A DNA stretch of 46,809 nucleotides from Oscillospiraceae bacterium. GTDB taxonomy: Bacteria; Bacillota; Clostridia; Oscillospirales; Ruminococcaceae. The notes under the pieces were generated by a model. That model searched no databases. It saw nothing but the letters and a program-made list of their open reading frames with translations, and was not told where the DNA came from. Below are positions 45,285 through 46,809 of the stretch, one piece after another (positions within the stretch are counted from its first letter, which is position 1; each line of letters starts with the position of its first letter). The stretch lies in the NCBI GenBank assembly GCA_051881895.1, contig JBJEQT010000098.1, positions 1 through 46,809 on the forward strand, in the 5' to 3' direction. A program made the translations under genes and the position numbers.

Positions 45285-45321
45285 GAAAAAGCAGGGAAGA
45301 AACGGTTCTCCCCTGCCTTTT
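45285..45321. terminator. Bidirectional intrinsic terminator just downstream of xpt
   Basis: GCAGGGAAGAA / TTCTCCCCTGC stem (45290..45300 and 45305..45315, one mismatch) with loop ACGG. It is flanked by an A-run and a T-run and lies about 20 nt after the xpt stop. Confidence 0.6.
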
Positions 45322-45336
45322 TACAATGCCAAACAA

Positions 45337-45918
45337 TTACTGGTTTCGAAACGCTATCGCTCCTGTTTTGGCATCCATAGACTCCACAATGGCCAACGAC
45401 TCTACCCGAATCCCTTTGGCCCGTATTTTTGCTCCGCCCTCTTGAAATCCTTTTTCAATGGCGATGCCAATTCCTTCCGTGACAGCTCCGGCCTGCTCCA
45501 CCAGTTCCAGCAATCCCATCAGCGCACAGCCGTTGGCCAAAAAGTCGTCGATGATCAGCACATGGTCGTGCGGCGTGAGGAATTTTTTCGAAACCATTAC
45601 GTCATAGGCCCTGCCATGGGTAAACGACTGGATTTTCGTGGAATAAGTGTCGCTGTCCAGATTGATACTTTGGGATTTTTTGGCAAAGACCACCGGTACG
45701 GAAAATTCACGGGCAGCGATGGCGGCAATCCCGATGCCGCTGGCTTCGATGGTCAGGATCTTATTGATCGGGCAGCCGGCAAACAGCCGCTTCCATTCTT
45801 TCGCCATCTCCTCAAACAGCCCGATATCCATTTGATGGTTGAGAAAGCTGTCAACCTTCAGCACGTTTCCCTCCCGGACCAAGCCGTCTTTTCTGATTCT
45901 TTCTTCCAGCAGTTTCAT
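45337..45918 (-). CDS. xpt: Xanthine phosphoribosyltransferase
   Basis: [31 protein letters not shown]... and the PRPP-binding motif [12 protein letters not shown] prefer ATG 45918; the track start at 45942 has no RBS. Confidence 0.9.
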   Translation of the reverse strand: MKLLEERIRKDGLVREGNVLKVDSFLNHQMDIGLFEEMAKEWKRLFAGCPINKILTIEASGIGIAAIAAREFSVPVVFAKKSQSINLDSDTYSTKIQSFTHGRAYDVMVSKKFLTPHDHVLIIDDFLANGCALMGLLELVEQAGAVTEGIGIAIEKGFQEGGAKIRAKGIRVESLAIVESMDAKTGAIAFRNQ

Positions 45919-45964
45919 ATCAGCGGGTCTCTCCTTTGGCATCTGCCATAATAATGCAAGGCTT

Positions 45965-46015
45965 TCAAAAAATCGGGATGCATGAAAAGATTTTCCAAAA
46001 TCCGGTAATCCCGAT
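45965..46015 (-). terminator. Possible terminator after the histidine kinase gene
   Basis: Minus strand ATCGGGAT (46015..46008) pairs with ATCCCGAT (45979..45972), then TTTTTTG. The 28-nt loop contains an inner GATTTT/AAAATC hairpin. Confidence 0.4.
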
Positions 46016-46042
46016 CATTTTGAAGCCGCAGAGAAAGCCTTT

Positions 46043-46807
46043 TTATTTTTCTGCTTTCTTTCTGGCAGGCTGTTTCAGGATTACCGTAAATTCAATGGAG
46101 CGGGGATCCGGACAGCTGGCCCGAATGGAGCCTCCGTGTGCCTGTACAATCCCTCGTGCGATGGAAAGGCCAATGCCAAAACCGCCGGCTTGTTTGGAAC
46201 GGGACTTGTCTATTCGATAGAAACGGTCAAAAAGCTTGTCCGTCTGCGCAATGTCCATTTCCGGGCAGGTGTTGAAAGCGCGCAGCAGGATGCCTTTTTT
46301 GGTTTTCTCCAGGGTCAGGCGAATGTGTCCGTTTTCATCCGAATACTTCACTGCGTTATCCATCAGGATGGAAACCAGCTGCCGGATGGCGTACTCATCG
46401 CCGCAATAGGTCAGCTCCTGGGTGATCTCCAATTCCAGGGTGCGGTTGTTGGCCGCCGCAAAGTCCCGGAAGGATTCCGCCGTCTCCTGTACCGCCTCGC
46501 TGATGCTGAATTGCGTCAACATCAACGGCGGCTTCTCTTCATCCAGGCGGGAGAGGGTTACCAGCTGATTCACCAGCTCTTTCAAATGCTCCACCTGACT
46601 CTGGGCTTTGTCAATCCACTTCTGGGGGCCGACATCCATTTCCAGCACCTTCAGGCTGGTGGTGATCACCGTCAGAGGCGTTTTCAATTCATGGCTGGCA
46701 TCGGTAATGAACTGCTTTTGCTTCTCCACGCTCTGGGCTACTGGGGCCATGGCCTTGCGGGACAGTGCCAAAATCAAGATATATACCAGACCAATACTCG
46801 CGGCCAA
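46043..46807 (-). CDS. Sensor histidine kinase, C-terminal part (N-terminus lies beyond the window edge)
   Basis: H-box FITDASHELKTPLTVI, N-box MDNAVKYS, G-boxes GGFGIGLSIARGIVQAHGG. The ORF is open to the window end. Confidence 0.9.
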   Translation of the reverse strand: MAASIGLVYILILALSRKAMAPVAQSVEKQKQFITDASHELKTPLTVITTSLKVLEMDVGPQKWIDKAQSQVEHLKELVNQLVTLSRLDEEKPPLMLTQFSISEAVQETAESFRDFAAANNRTLELEITQELTYCGDEYAIRQLVSILMDNAVKYSDENGHIRLTLEKTKKGILLRAFNTCPEMDIAQTDKLFDRFYRIDKSRSKQAGGFGIGLSIARGIVQAHGGSIRASCPDPRSIEFTVILKQPARKKAEK

Positions 46808-46809
46808 TG

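Noticed and set aside
45097-45336. 79-aa minus-strand ORF, and an 11-13 codon mini-ORF (45156..45197, MKMLKQADVLPTV) preceded by AGGAGG in the spo0A-like/xpt convergent gap.
   Set aside because: The 79-aa ORF reads straight through two terminator hairpins. The mini-ORF has a good SD but sits immediately downstream of two terminators, with no promoter evident, and it is too short to support.
45943-46042. Purine (guanine) riboswitch upstream of xpt.
   Set aside because: xpt is a classic purine-riboswitch gene, but the roughly 100-nt upstream region lacks the conserved TATAAT..GGATATGGC..CTACCGGG..CCGTAAAT core. It is mostly occupied by the terminator-like hairpin of the histidine kinase gene.

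Overview
This 46.8 kb window is a high-GC, GGAGG-type-RBS chromosomal segment. From gene content it looks like a Clostridia (Oscillospiraceae/Ruminococcaceae-like) genome, which is an inference. Almost every gene is on the minus strand, and I saw no rRNA, tRNA, CRISPR array, IS element or prophage. Gene order, left to right: (1) a cell-envelope block with a short M50 site-2 protease, an M23 peptidase, a ~1250-aa GHL10 + amidase_3 + 3x Big_2 wall hydrolase and a second GHL10 lipoprotein. (2) An M20 peptidase and a PHP phosphatase. (3) The nucleoside salvage genes deoB-cdd-pdp. (4) A cyclophilin lipoprotein, then mreB, comFC and recD2. (5) Two orphan membrane proteins. (6) The conserved ylxM-ffh-rpsP-KH-rimM-trmD operon. 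(7) feoAB. (8) A ~10 kb sulfur amino-acid/methyl-cycle gene string: metY-cysK-mnmA-cysE-cysteine desulfurase-metF-MetH activation protein-metH core, with a divergent Rrf2 regulator. (9) A family-4 UDG. (10) A maltodextrin cluster with an ABC substrate-binding protein, two permeases, malQ and glgP. (11) A small coiled-coil membrane protein and a Spo0A-like protein. (12) xpt and a truncated histidine kinase. Most long plus-strand ORFs in the track are antisense shadows of these genes. The main finding is in the 480-bp metY/Rrf2 divergent region. A consensus promoter drives a 41-codon leader ORF, MYFLQTGRKMCMCMCMCSNMYTISC..., which has four tandem Met-Cys codon pairs. A strong intrinsic terminator follows, and alternative antiterminator pairing is visible. 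This looks like a ribosome-mediated Met/Cys attenuator sitting where an S-box or T-box element would be expected. Secondary findings are a Spo0A paralog with Asn at the phospho-acceptor position and 0A boxes upstream, a GHL10-amidase fusion, and a split MetH.
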